From: Ginkgo biloba
Lineage: Eukaryota; Plantae; Ginkgophyta
NCBI GenBank assembly: GCA_024626585.2
Contig: JANKJI020000002.1
Coordinates: 165,873,332 to 165,889,571, forward strand
Length of the DNA stretch: 16,240 bases
Direction of reading: 5' to 3'
The notes beneath the pieces were generated by a model that was not told the origin of the DNA, did no database searches, and saw only the letters and a program-made list of their open reading frames with translations. A program made the position numbers and the translations under genes. Positions 1 to 9,423 of the stretch are shown here, one piece after another (within the stretch, counting starts at the first letter, position 1; every line of letters begins with the position of its first letter).

Positions 1-159
1 CATTATTGCAATTGCATTTTCTTATTATTGGGTAGATTAGTTGCAGACTTAAGGTGGGGTTGTTATAGATGTCTAAAGGATTGGAGGACGCCTTATGCAA
101 ATTGTGACAAGCCGTGAAGAGGCTACTAGTAGGACTCGAGGCCTTATAGGGCTTAGTGA

Positions 160-950
160 TCGTTGGAAGACAAGAACACATTTTTAGCAGAAATAAGTGC
201 GATGGATCCATACTAACCAACAAGATTTAGCAACTCTTCAAAAACGTGGGAGGCATGAAAGGAAAAAGGTCGCACAAAGAGAGGGATGTATAAGATTGGG
301 GCCCATGATGTGGAGATTCAACTTGTGGCAAATATTTTGGCATGGTTGGAAAGCAATAAGACATATCACTATGTTCTAGGTGAAGATTATAAGGAGCACT
401 AGGATAAGGTGGAAGTAGAGGTACAACAAATTAGGACACAATTGCAACAATTATGTGCATAGGCAAAAATGGAGATGGTCGTAGCACGGACCCAATGGAC
501 AACTGAGAGGTGACGATGGAAAGATAAATGTAAGACTGAAGGAATAGAGCACGTGTGAATTTTACAATTGGTAGTAGCAATTTGCAAGGAGAGTAGGGCT
601 CTCAAAAACCAACTAAAGGAGAAGGAATTTGAACCTATTAGAATCCCTTCCTCCACCAATCCTCTGGGTGAGTCCTATGATGTTTCTTTAATGCCTATGA
701 GCTATTTGGGAGTATCTCTTTCCTTGTCCACCCTCACAGTGAGCTCCACTCTTGGTGAAGGATTACCTCTCTTCACTCTTAGAACAAGACCAATGTTGAT
801 TACCTAACCTTTGATACAATGGGGTTTATTTATTCTCTGCCCCACTTGAACTACATGTATGCCTTCTGACCCTACGTTTTGGGTCCCACATGCTTCCCTC
901 TTCCAATTGCTAAGTCCAAGAGTCCTTAGTTCCTCTATTGCTATCACCTA
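160..950 (+). pseudogene. Decayed reading frame with a charged coiled-coil-like segment and a Ser/Pro-rich tail, probably a retroelement accessory ORF
   Basis: Frame 1 reads ...AHDVEIQLVANILAWLESNKTYHYVLGEDYKEH*DKVEVEVQQIRTQLQQLCA*AKMEMVVARTQWTTER*RWKDKCKTEGIEHV*ILQLVVAICKESRALKNQLKEKEFEPIRIPSSTNP.... The isolated stops are compatible with C-to-T changes of Gln/Arg codons. No family motif recognised. Confidence 0.3.
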
Positions 951-1099
951 GGACATGGGGGGTATCGATTCTAATATCCATTCTTTTGCACTCTACCTTA
1001 GAAAATCTAGTTATGTAGGACTTGAATATTACCTAACCCTCAGACTCCATGATTACCATTAAACTAGATATTTTATGTCCTAATCTCTTCAGACCAGAG

Positions 1100-1272
1100 A
1101 ATACTATTTTTGCAGACTTAATAGTATTAGTTTCAGCATCAACATACCCAATCCACTCCAAAGATAGACACAAGACAACGTTCAAACACATTAAGGACAT
1201 TGTGAATTTTGCATCATTCCATTTGGTCTCCCCAAGACCCCAATGACATTCCAAGCACTCATGAGTTGCATA
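1100..1272 (+). mobile_element. Degenerate Ty3/Gypsy reverse transcriptase fragment
   Basis: With one frameshift near 1187 it reads IHSKDRHKTTFK/H*GHCEFCIIPFGLPKTPMTFQALMSCI. This matches the Gypsy RT consensus D..KTAF.T..GHYEF.VMPFGL.NAPATFQ.LM..IF. Confidence 0.75.
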
Positions 1273-2023
1273 TCTATAAATGTCACAACCCATACAAGTG
1301 TGGTCAAAGCTAGGTCAAAGGGGGATTCTAAAGGAGAAAAGAAGCCTTTAGAAGTTAAAATGACTTCAACTGTCTTAAAGAAGGCNNNNNNNNNNNNNNN
1401 NNNNNNNNNNNNNNNNNNNNNNNNNNNNNNNNNNNNNNNNNNNNNNNNNNNNNNNNNNNNNNNNNNNNNNNNNNNNNNNNNNNNNGTTACACTTAACCAC
1501 AGGCCCAATAATTGTTATTCTCTGCAGCACCAATCTTGTAACATTAGAGTTTTACTTATCAACTGGCCTCTTATTGAGAAACGAGAAAGGGGGCAGAAGT
1601 AGATGGAGGAACGTCTTGTTTCTCTTATGGATTGGTTCTTTCGGTTCTTGTTTTGTTTAGCTTTTCAGAGTTACCGAGTTCTCCACATGCACACATGCTA
1701 GTGTGTAAATATTGATTGCTAGAAAGGCTGGAAAGTGTTGTTATTTTCTTTAATTTTGTGAGTAAAAATAAAGATTCCAGCTGAAAGGAAACAATAAGAG
1801 AACTTAAGTTGATTTAGATTTCCACTTGCACCACTAATATTGCAAAAATGCAAAAAGTAGAATGGCTGGAAAAAGTTGTATATGTTGCTTTTACATTAAT
1901 GATAAATAATTTTCCAGCTAAAACAAAACATTTGGTCTCGGTATTTTATAAGTGTGTTAAGTGTTGTTTTTATGTTTGCTTTTGTGATATCTATGTAAAT
2001 AGCACTTGGAATCCGGATAAATT

Positions 2024-2035
2024 TGGTATCAGATC
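2024..2035 (+). promoter_or_regulatory. Primer-binding site (tRNA-iMet type) of an LTR retrotransposon
   Basis: TGGTATCAGATC, one mismatch to TGGTATCAGAGC. It is followed about 450 bp later by a gag remnant on the same strand. Confidence 0.65.
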
Positions 2036-2482
2036 TTGGTTTAAGGTTTTGGGTAAAAAATTAATGGTCTGGACTAGACAACAATATTCTGCCGTAAGAT
2101 GAAAATTAGAAGCGTCTCCTCTGCCAGGCTACAGAAGACCACAAAATAAAAACAATCTCAATCAAGTATGGCTGAGCTTGCAAGTGAAGTACCGATTCCA
2201 GAATTTGGAGAAGATAGACCTGTAGGTGACATTGATGAGAGTGTGAATCAAGTTCAGAGGAGTTCAGCTGATTTCCAGCCATATGTCAAAGACCAGTTCT
2301 CACAAATTACAATTGATTTTGTTGATTTTGACTTTGGTCCAACCCATAAGTTCTGTTTGTCCAACTATGAATGGTACAAAGGCAGGCAATGCTGCAGGGG
2401 CACACTCTCGTGCATTTTTGGGAGCAACTGAGTAAGACATCCACTGGATGGATTTCACTCTTCATCACTGTTCATAACTAAT

Positions 2483-2623
2483 CCCTTTAAAAGGGGAGAC
2501 AAGTGTACAAATTTGAACCCTTCAGTTGGCGACTGGATGCCGAGAAATTGGACAATTAGCTTAGACAACTGGAAGCTTATTTTTCTTTGAAGTGGAGACA
2601 AGAGTAGAAATTGAACCCTTCAG
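2483..2623 (+). mobile_element. Ty3/Gypsy (CRM-like) gag N-terminal remnant with a local duplication
   Basis: Frameshifted read PF/K.ETSVQI/EPFSWRLDAEKLDN*LRQLEAYFSL resembles the gag motif KV.I..F.G.LD.E...W....E.YF. The first ~35 bp (2491-2525) recur at 2590-2623 (VETRVEIEPF). Confidence 0.65.
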
Positions 2624-3281
2624 AAGACTTCCTCAAAGTAATCAGAACACTCATAATATGTGGTAGCTATGGAATTCTTCAGAGATCTTGAGTTTGTTTC
2701 CAACTGAGGGAAACTTCCTCTGGATTCTGTGATGGATAAAGGGGTAGATAAAGCCATTGAGGACAACCCTGCAGCTGCTCATTTGAACAGTTAATGTCCT
2801 CGTTGGATTTATGCTCTGCTAGATGCATATTACAGTTTTGGCTTTCTCTGTGTATATATTTTTCATAATTGCTTATAGGTTCTTTACAGTTACATTGTTG
2901 TTGTTTGTCATATGTGTAATAGTTGGTATCAGTTATATTTCGGTGAATGTTAGCTGCTATAGCTGTGCAGCTGATAGTTTGTATGATTGTAAATATATGT
3001 CAAGGTTTTTGGTCCTAGGATAGTGGATTTGTCCTCATAAGTTATCTATCTTGTACTTCATAATCCCATCTATTCGGCATTTCAATTTATTAACTGTTCT
3101 GTTGNNNNNNNNNNNNNNNNNNNNNNNNNNNNNNNNNNNNNNNNNNNNNNNNNNNNNNNNNNNNNNNNNNNNNNNNNNNNNNNNNNNNNNNNNNNNNNNN
3201 NNNNCTAACATAAGGATACTTTTTCTATTAAAGTTTCACTTTTATATTTTTGCTTATCAGATTTCTGAAATATTTTCACAG

Positions 3282-3435
3282 ATATTTTGGGACTCCCTAT
3301 TCCCTTCCTAAGTTGGACATGGTTGCAATACCCGACTTTGCTTTGGGGGCAATGGAGAACTATGGCTTGGTTACATATAGGGAATCTGCTTTGCTCTATG
3401 ATGAACATCACTCTGCAGCTGCAAACAAGCAAAGG
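3282..3435 (+). CDS. APM1: Internal exon of an M1-family zinc aminopeptidase (APM1 / puromycin-sensitive aminopeptidase-like)
   Basis: Reads [51 protein letters not shown], with the M1 exopeptidase motif GAMEN at 3346-3360 and no stops. The acceptor is ttttcacAG (AG at 3280-3281), leaving one base to finish the previous codon. The donor is AGG|GTATTT at 3436, phase 0. The plant APM1 sequence I recall continues VA.VVAHELAHQWFGN, which is absent here. Confidence 0.93.
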
Positions 3436-3829
3436 GTATTTGTATTTAATTTTTTTCTGTTGCACACAATTGCTAGTGCATTATGTATTTGTTTCATTTT
3501 GTTTCAGAAATTTGTACTTAATAATTTTATGGTCAGAACTTTGTAATTTTGTAATAATGGTTCAACTGTGATTAAGTTTTTTACATTTTCGGCTAAAACT
3601 CTCACGTATTTTTTCTTCAACCCCAGCATTGTTGTTGGTATTTTATGGTTCTGAAGCTTCCCAACATTCTATCATTCCATGTCTTGATCCTGTGAAGAAT
3701 GTGAAGTTTCATATCTATGCTGAATGGAATGCTCGAGTGATTGTGCTATTTCTGAGCTTAGATAATGTTTGGGGTAACACATTGCAAGTGGTTTTAGAAG
3801 TTCATTAGGACTTTTTGGTACATTGCAAG

Positions 3830-3841
3830 TGGCATCAGAGC
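3830..3841 (+). promoter_or_regulatory. PBS-like site following a probable LTR 3' end (..TTGCA-AG-TGGCATCAGAGC)
   Basis: TGGCATCAGAGC starts 2 nt after a CA dinucleotide. The contig ends in a gap 25 bp later. Confidence 0.55.
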
Positions 3842-4200
3842 TAGTATTTAGCCTGTGATACATGCANNNNNNNNNNNNNNNNNNNNNNNNNNNNNNNNNN
3901 NNNGACTTTTGAAGGGTACAGTTGCTTGTTGCTTTGCGAATTGCACTGAATCATTGACCTATACTTAGTAAGGCAAGGCCAGTCCTGGAAGACAAAAGCT
4001 TTTTGTGCTACCTTTTTGAACTTTTGAGACCCATTTAAGCATCCTTGACTATTAGATTTATTTATGCTGCTTTCATAATTAGGTGTTGTATTTTATTGAA
4101 TTCCTTCGTTCTTTATCCACATTTGGTGGATCATAGACATTGAGGAAAATTCTGTAACATTTTGATGCAGCATTGAAAAGAAAAAAAATGAATTATGTCA

Positions 4201-4745
4201 TCCAGCATTGATATGGTTTAAAGAAGATCAATGGGGATGCGTTTCTTATTATTGTGATTTTGGAGGATTCTGATTTATTCATTTTTTTCTAAAGGAACAT
4301 AATATATTATGGGAAAAGAAATATTTACATAGCGCTAAGCTTAGCACTGCCTTAAGCCTATTGAAAACCAATGTAGATCCATCTGAGTTATCCTGTCTAG
4401 CTATCTTCCCATCATACTAGTCACTCACCAAGTAAAGCAGTCTAAAACTAGTCTTTTACCACTTTCAGCCAGACTTGGTCAGGTTTGAAGAAGATTGGCT
4501 TGCTGGCATGAGTGTCCTGTTATTGTGATCTGGCAGAGTTTTGAACTGTATTGTTTTTTTGTTTTAAAAAGTACACAATACATTCTGGAAAAGAAATATT
4601 CACAATTAGTAGCTGATAGAGTTAAGCTTAGCACTGTTTTAAACCTATTGAAACCTGTTAGTAGATACAGTCGAATTAGCCTGGCAGGCTTGCTTTATTT
4701 CAATTATTCTAGTTACATTCCAAATAAAGGCAGTCTAAATTACTT
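4201..4745. repeat. Old head-to-tail tandem duplication, unit about 270 bp
   Basis: Collinear shared anchors: ggtttRaagaagat (4215/4482), ttattgtgat, ggaaaagaaatatt, taagcttagcactg, cctattgaaa, gcagtctaaa. The copies differ by many substitutions and small indels. Confidence 0.8.
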
Positions 4746-5949
4746 AATACCAAGGGAAAGAACACTACTGTAGTCCCAACATGAAATCTGAAAAGAGAAC
4801 TACTGGTCACGTGTAACTATCATTCTTCTTCCTTAAACATGCCCACTGGTATGTTCCTCAGTGGAGTTTTGCTTTTACTGTCCCTGATAACAAGTTCCAA
4901 CACCCTCAATTTACTGCAGGTAGAAAGTGATAGCTTAGAGCAGTTTTATTGTACAGGTGTTTCAGACCTGGCAGAATGGGCACTTAATTTGCACCCCTCA
5001 ATCCAAGGCCATAGTATCTTTGCCAATTTGAATGGGTACATTAGGGCACTTCATCTCTTATGGTACTGCAAGTAAGAGTTGACCCTTTCGAGGATTGAAA
5101 TATCTACAGTCTCACACTCAGAAGTATTTGGGGTCCATTGAGAACCATCTAGAGGCTTCCTGCCTGCTCAAATTGGTGCAAACATGCTTGTCGGTAGGAC
5201 AGCATTTGGTGGCCATTGCATAATGCATTTCAAAATAATATCTTTGATGCAAATGTTTTAAACAAATGAAGGTTGTAAATAGCAGACATTTTCTTTGTTG
5301 CCCTTCTTCTTTTGCATATGAACAAAAATAGACTTCTGCTTGTAAACCTCTATGCAGTTTTAAACCCCAAGGATATGTTTCACACCATACGGAAGTATTC
5401 TGGAATTGCTCAATTGAAGACGAAATCAATCATGCTTACTGGCTGTAGGAGTTCTGAGAATCCCACTCTTAAGAGCCTTTTCCTACTTTTTAAAGATTGC
5501 TAAAATCAATTGACATGTTTTAGAGAATCTTTCGAACCTGGACTGCTCATCTTTCCAGTCATCTCTGTTGACTAATTTAGGGTCCAGGATGCGGAGCCCA
5601 CCATTAGCAATGGGTTAACATCATCTTAATGAGGAATGCATGCATTGATTACACATAGTCATTGGCATTTCACAAGCATAGAAGCAAATAGACACACATT
5701 TGGGGTATAATCCTCATTTATTATTTAGGATTACATGGTTCATCACATTTAATACATGGGACAAGCCTCCCACACTTAGGCTCACACATCGAGTCTCATC
5801 TCTCACACCTTCCACACTCACTCTCTCTCTTATTATAATAACTTGACTCTCATAAATGGCAATTGAGATGACCTTCCAATATGAAGTGTCATAACCCTAG
5901 ACATGCCTCTTCATTAATGCTACATAAATAACTCATTGAATGCCTTCAT

Positions 5950-5992
5950 TAATTGCACCCTTAACTGCCCTTTTAATTGCATCATAACTGCC
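5950..5992. repeat. Short alternating TAATTGCA/TAACTGCC repeat, 11-12 bp period
   Basis: TAATTGCA at 5950 and 5974; TAACTGCC at 5962 and 5985. Confidence 0.6.
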
Positions 5993-6188
5993 TTATTTAG
6001 TGTTTCTTTAGTTGTAGATTCTACCACATCATATGCTATTGTATGCGGATTGTCCACACAGTCCGAATGGATCACATGTATGTCTGTATGGGTTGTACAG
6101 ATTGATGTACGGACTGCATGACAAACTGTTGTATGCTTTCATAAATGTCAGGTCATTATTGTTGTGGAAATCCACACTAGATTTTGTC

Positions 6189-6298
6189 GGAATCTTGCCT
6201 TTGGCTTTCTGGAATCTTGTGTTTCTGTCTGGAATCTCTTGCCTGTAGTTGGAATCTGCTTTTGAATGTTGGATTCTCTCTGTTATTTGTTGGAATTT
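6189..6298. repeat. Degenerate ~20-bp minisatellite with a GGAATCT core (6 units)
   Basis: GGAATCT at 6189, 6211, 6231 and 6251, GGATTCT at 6271, GGAATTT at 6292. Spacings are 22, 20, 20, 20 and 21. Confidence 0.75.
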
Positions 6299-6471
6299 GC
6301 CTGCCAAGGGGCTGCTCTTGTTAGACTTTAATGTCTATTTTTGTAAAATACAACTTAGTANNNNNNNNNNNNNNNNNNNNNNNNNNNNNNNNNNNNNNNN
6401 NNNNNNNNNNNNNNNNNNNNNNNNNNNNNNNNNNNNNNNNNNNNNNNNNNNNNNNNNNNNAAATAAACATT

Positions 6472-6741
6472 AAAGGGGGGTGTTAGAATAGTAATGTTTA
6501 TTTAATGTGTTATTTATGTTTGTAATAAAGTGTTGATGTCAATATTAAGACATAAAAGCCATTTAGTATATTCAGAGAATAGAATAATAAATGTCAACTA
6601 ATCTAATAAGTAGTTGTCTACGGGAATTTGTCTTCCCATTTAACCATTAATGTATTTGAATGTAACCATCAAGGAAGTAATACACCATTCTCTCTCTCCT
6701 CTAGTAAATTATCTCTGCCATTGCCTGTACTAAAATTGACA
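6472..6741 (+). mobile_element. Polypurine tract plus 3' LTR (6481-6741) of a probable Ty1/Copia element inserted into the Gypsy pol
   Basis: AAAGGGGGG (6472-6480) is immediately followed by TGTTAGAATA and the segment ends ...AATTGACA at 6741. The minus-strand Gypsy pol frame stops exactly at 6742. Superfamily is inferred from PPT/terminus style only. Confidence 0.7.
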
Positions 6742-8170
6742 GTTGATTGTGTGATGAATTACTTGAGAAGGTGGTAACCCTTTTGGGACCTCAAAAACAT
6801 CCTGGTGTGACTCCAATAGTTGTTGCGTGTCATCTGGTTGACGATGTGGAGTTGTGGCTGTGGCTACTGCTTAATGCACAAACAACATGAAAACCTTGGC
6901 AGAGCGGGTAAGTTTGTTGGCCTCAGGATCATTTACCAACGTGAGTGCGAAATTCGAAGTTGTTTTCAAAGATCTGGTCTCGGAGGACGAGGTCATGATA
7001 TAGGTTTTTTGGTCCTTGCGCAACTTTTAGGTGTTTGGAACACTCTCATATGTTGCTTCTCGATCATATTGGTACGACTTGCCCAGTAGAAGGTCACAAC
7101 AATCCATGGGCAAAACATCGCATATGACTATATCAATGAAGGGGTCGACCACGAAGGTGATCTTGCAAACCTTGTCAATCCAGTTGGTAGGACCGTTTTT
7201 GGTAACCCAACCCATATTGTATGGAGATGGGTGTGGCTCTGTGGGCAACTTCAACTCTTCAACGAGCTCAACAGAAATGAGGTTCTTCATGCTGCCATTG
7301 TCCAAGATGAGCAGGCATATTTGGTTTTTAATCTGACAATTATGGGTGAATAATGCCTCCCTGTTTGCTCTAGTTGAGGGTTGACTCTTGAGAATTAAAT
7401 GCGGATTGGTGGTAACCTGGTTATGAAGTACCTTGGGTTCCTCTTCGCTAGGTGTATCAACTTCCTGTGCCACTAAGGTTTTGTTCTTTGCCAAGCCTTT
7501 CTATTTGAGACACTCTTCATTTGAATGTCCATAGACCGTGTGGTAGCAACGGTATTTTGTTGTCCCTTTCCTTTGTTATAATTGGAAGGAACAAATGAGG
7601 AAGGCTGAGGTGGTGGTTGTTTCTGTTAATATGTTCCCTTGTAATTTGTTTTTTGTTGATGAGGGGAGCTAGCTTGAGAGGTGGACTGAGGAGAGGCTTG
7701 TTGTGTTTTGATCGACTACTGCTTCTGCATATAGTGCTCAACCGCTAAGGCATATTGGAATTCTTTGTCAAGGGTGGTCATATCAAGCAATTTGAACTCT
7801 TGTTGTAGATACGGGAAGAGTCCACCTACGAACTTGAGTAGTTGGGTCTCAGTGTCATCTGTGACAGCTAACATGATGGACATTTTGTGAAAGGTATTAA
7901 TGTACTGTTGTACGTATTGTCCAGGTTGTTGACGTAGATGTAGCCATTTTTTCTTCAGGTTGGCTAGATATCTCAAAGGATAGAAACTTTCTTTGACTGC
8001 TTGCTTGAAGTCATTCCATTGTGTGATAGTAGGTTGTTGAGCAGCTGCTTGAGATTGGACATTAGTCTGCCACCAAAACTGTGCTTGTTTTGACATGTGG
8101 ACAACTGCTAAGGCGATTTGTTGTTCTTCTGTTAGATGCAGTTGGCAAGTGAAATAGGCCTCTAAGGTTC
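6742..8170 (-). mobile_element. Decayed Ty3/Gypsy chromovirus-like (CRM-like) gag - zinc knuckle - aspartic protease - RT start
   Basis: Gag: LEAYFTCQ...QQIALAVVHMSKQAQFWW...WNDFKQAVKESFYPLRY...WLHLRQQPGQYVQQYINTF. Knuckle remnant: YRCYHTVYGHSNEEC (~7509-7554). Protease: LLILDNGSMKNLIS...PHPSPY.MGW...CDVLPMDCCDLLLGKSYQYDR. RT lead-in: LLESHQDVFEVPKGLPPSQVIHHTIN, ending at 6742. Several in-frame stops. Confidence 0.9.
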
Positions 8171-8316
8171 ATAAGGACATGTAGCGTTTCATAACATCCA
8201 AATTAGATGATTGGACATCAGTCTGTTAGATGCGATTGGCAGGTGAAATAGGCCTCTAAGGTTCATAACGACATAGATGCGAATAATATGTTGTTCTTCT
8301 ATTAGATGCGATTGGC
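8119..8316. repeat. Patchwork direct repeats of the gag 5' region next to a gap
   Basis: tctgttagatgc..ttggca.gtgaaataggcctctaaggttcataa.gacat occurs at 8128-8180 and 8222-8274 (94-bp offset). A partial third copy lies at 8289-8316. gattggacatYagtctg occurs at ~8053 and ~8209. Confidence 0.8.
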
Positions 8317-8344
8317 GCTGCTTTGTTGACACNNNNNNNNNNAT

Positions 8345-9323
8345 GATTTCATACTAAGCACCTTCTTAGTTGACACTAGATTTTCTCATAACATTATGTC
8401 CCTAATGGTGATCAAGTGATTATGGATGGAAATTATTGAACCATACAATGATAGCTTGAAAGGATTTGATAGCCATGGTATCTAGCATTTAGGTCAAGTT
8501 AAGGATGTTTGCGTGTCCATCAAACATCCTGACTTATGTGTGGTCTTAACTTTTATAGTAATCAATGCCATAACCACCTACACCATTCTTTTAGGGCAAC
8601 CCTAGATCGACGACCATAAAGCCAATATCAACATGCATAGAAACATCTTAACTTTGCCCTATCGTAGTGGTACTGAGACCATTCAACATGAAGCTAGAAA
8701 GTTCAATCCTTTTCAATTTACTAGAGGTGAGGTAGGAGAGTCCAACCAAAACCTTGTACTTTCAAAATTGGGACTCAGTACTTATGCCCTTTTCGAGGAG
8801 CTCTATGTATATTCATTCAATCCAGAAATTAGCTCAAAAATTAGAGGGGACATTTGGATTTTAACATTGGACGGTGCCCAAAACTAGAACGGGGTTGGGG
8901 TACGATTCGTCCTCTGGAGCGGAGTTATTATTTCCTTTTTCTTCAACATTTGGCTAGAATGCTCCTGTTCCAACAATGTCGTGGAGTCAGAAGCATTGAT
9001 AGTAGGAATGGAAAAAGCCTTAGAGCTCAAACTGACCAAATCACATGTTTATGAGGATAGTGAACTCGTTTCTCTCGAGACCAAAAATATTTACCAAGTC
9101 AGAAATCCCTTGTTTTATCACTATCAAGAAGTGGTCAAGGCCTTATTAGGTGATTTGACCATTTCGAAATATCATTCATACTTAGGAGTCAAAACACTGA
9201 ACCTGATAACTTAGCTGTATTAGCATCACTTTTCAAACCCGATCCTAGGGTTTTAGATCAATCCTACCCTGTCTAGATTCACTATCGATCAATTGTTCGT
9301 GATAATGAGGAGCACTGGTAGGT
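8345..9323 (+). mobile_element. Ty3/Gypsy Tat-type pol remnant, copy 1: aspartic protease followed by additional (archaeal-type) RNase H
   Basis: Protease (8345-~8665): FLVDTRFSHNIMS...LKGFDSHGI*HLGQVKDV...FIVINAITTYTILLGQP*I. aRH (8855-~9225): WILTLDGA..NGVGV.FVL / CSNNVVESEALIVGMEKALELKL...VYEDSELV... / NTEPDNLA. All four acidic catalytic positions are recognisable despite stops and frameshifts. Confidence 0.88.
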
Positions 9324-9423
9324 NNNNNNNNNNNNNNNNNNNNNNNNNNNNNNNNNNNNNNNNNNNNNNNNNNNNNNNNNNNNNNNNNNNNNNNNNNNNN
9401 NNNNNNNNNNNNNNNNNNNNNNN

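Noticed and set aside
51-70. PPT plus LTR start (AAGGTGGGGT-TGTTATAG)
   Set aside because: The tract is interrupted by T, no LTR end was found, and the downstream sequence looks like decayed coding sequence.
2823-3023. Hydrophobic 66-aa ORF as a membrane peptide (likewise 15972-16202)
   Set aside because: The hydrophobicity follows from T-rich non-coding composition. No motif or gene context.
3250-3546. The 98-aa ORF as a complete small gene
   Set aside because: Homology is confined to 3282-3435 and bounded by AG/GT. The flanks translate T-rich intron sequence.
4920-5075. Possible next APM1 exon after ttactgcAG
   Set aside because: The translation (VESDSLEQFY...) has no HEXXH and no aminopeptidase similarity.
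5587-6031. Solo LTR ending ...CACATCA
   Set aside because: The composition is LTR-like, but there is no clean TG start, no target-site duplication and no adjacent PBS or PPT.
6189-6298. CRISPR-like repeat-spacer array
   Set aside because: The core is only 7 bp, spacers are ~13 bp and mutually similar, there are no cas genes, and the context is eukaryotic.
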